Assembly (NCBI GenBank): GCA_946623785.1
Contig: CAMORM010000003.1
Span: 1 to 54,507, forward strand
Direction: 5' to 3'
DNA length: 54,507 nt
Source of the DNA: an uncultured Verrucomicrobiota bacterium
GTDB lineage: Bacteria; Verrucomicrobiota; Kiritimatiellia; RFP12; UBA1067
Shown here piece by piece: positions 53,846 through 54,507 of the stretch. The stretch's first letter is position 1; every line of letters begins with the position of its first letter. Position numbers and translations under genes: made by a program. The notes under the pieces were generated by a model. It was not told the DNA's origin, made no database searches, and saw nothing but the letters and a program-made list of their open reading frames with translations.

Positions 53846-54507
53846 CTATTTCTTCTTCAGCGTCTTCAGCGTGAGCCCCGTGAGGTCCTTGCCCTTCTCG
53901 TTGAGGACGAACGACGCCACGTATGCGACGGCAACGCACACGACGAGCCCTATTCCGCCAAGGAGGAACGGGTGGAACTTGAGTCCGAACACGTCGCACT
54001 TCAGTATCTCGCAGCTGAAGCATACGAAGTAGTTCGCCGCAAGCCCCAGCACGGCCGCCACGCCCTTGATGCGCGGCATGAATACGCCCATGAAGAAGAG
54101 ACCCGTAAGGCCGGCCGTTAGCATTGCGATGTACTTGTTGAAGTTGTCGAAGAGCGCGCTCGACTCCATCCTCGCAAGCGTCAGAGCCGCCATGATGCCT
54201 ATTATGCCCACGACATACGTGCAGACCTGGCCGCACCTGATCTGCGCCTTGCCCGGGATGTCAGGCTTGAACCGCTTCACGAAGTCCGTCACCACGGCCG
54301 TGGATGCGGAGCTCAGGTTCGCCGACAATGTCGAGATCGTCGCCGCGAAGACGGCCGCGATCACGAGTCCGGCAAGCCACGGCGGCATTTCCGTCGCCAT
54401 GAAGATCGGAAGGACCGAGTCGCCCTTCGGCATCGTCACGTCCATCGCCTCCGGGTGCGTGTGGTAGAACGCGAAGAGCGCCATGCCGATTCCGTAGAAG
54501 ACGACCT
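53846..54507 (-). CDS. Sodium:solute symporter (SSS family), 5' part outside the window
   Basis: GLVIAAVFAATISTLSANLSSASTAVVTDF, GLFFMGVF, DLTGLT C-terminus. Confidence 0.88.
   Translation of the reverse strand, partial: VVFYGIGMALFAFYHTHPEAMDVTMPKGDSVLPIFMATEMPPWLAGLVIAAVFAATISTLSANLSSASTAVVTDFVKRFKPDIPGKAQIRCGQVCTYVVGIIGIMAALTLARMESSALFDNFNKYIAMLTAGLTGLFFMGVFMPRIKGVAAVLGLAANYFVCFSCEILKCDVFGLKFHPFLLGGIGLVVCVAVAYVASFVLNEKGKDLTGLTLKTLKKK

Overview
A GC-rich, gene-dense chromosomal segment from an anaerobic diderm bacterium. The lineage is probably PVC/Kiritimatiellia-like, inferred from the FtsZ C-terminal tail, the D-I-K V-ATPase type and a lipid A acyltransferase. Most of the window is housekeeping: dnaB, potD, ddl-ftsQ-ftsA-ftsZ-mutL, rluA-family, murG/uxs, citrate synthase-argJ, V-ATPase D-I-K, recR/ybaB/purC/nifS/tsaD, rnr, ahcY, tRNA-Lys, thiSFGH, lpxL, DUF1846 and nifU, plus several secreted carbohydrate-active proteins. 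The stand-out element is a five-gene type III secretion translocon operon on the minus strand (11433-15864): unknown ORF, SycD/LcrH chaperone, SctE (IpaB/SipB-like), SctB-like translocator and a Bsp22/EspA-like tip protein. It lies behind an ECF-sigma-type promoter, with no injectisome or mobile-element genes in the window. Other anomalies are an FtsZ with a substituted T7 catalytic loop, a tandem pair of degenerate MreB-like actins (one lacking subdomains IB and IIB), and a MutL with an eroded endonuclease motif. Non-coding signals include a candidate HMP-PP (thiS-motif) riboswitch, four phased DnaA-box-like repeats before dnaB, a 38-bp promoter shared by uxs-murG and ahcY, and several apparently leaderless genes. 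No CRISPR array, IS, integrase or rRNA was seen. All product calls come from motif recognition by eye, not database searches.
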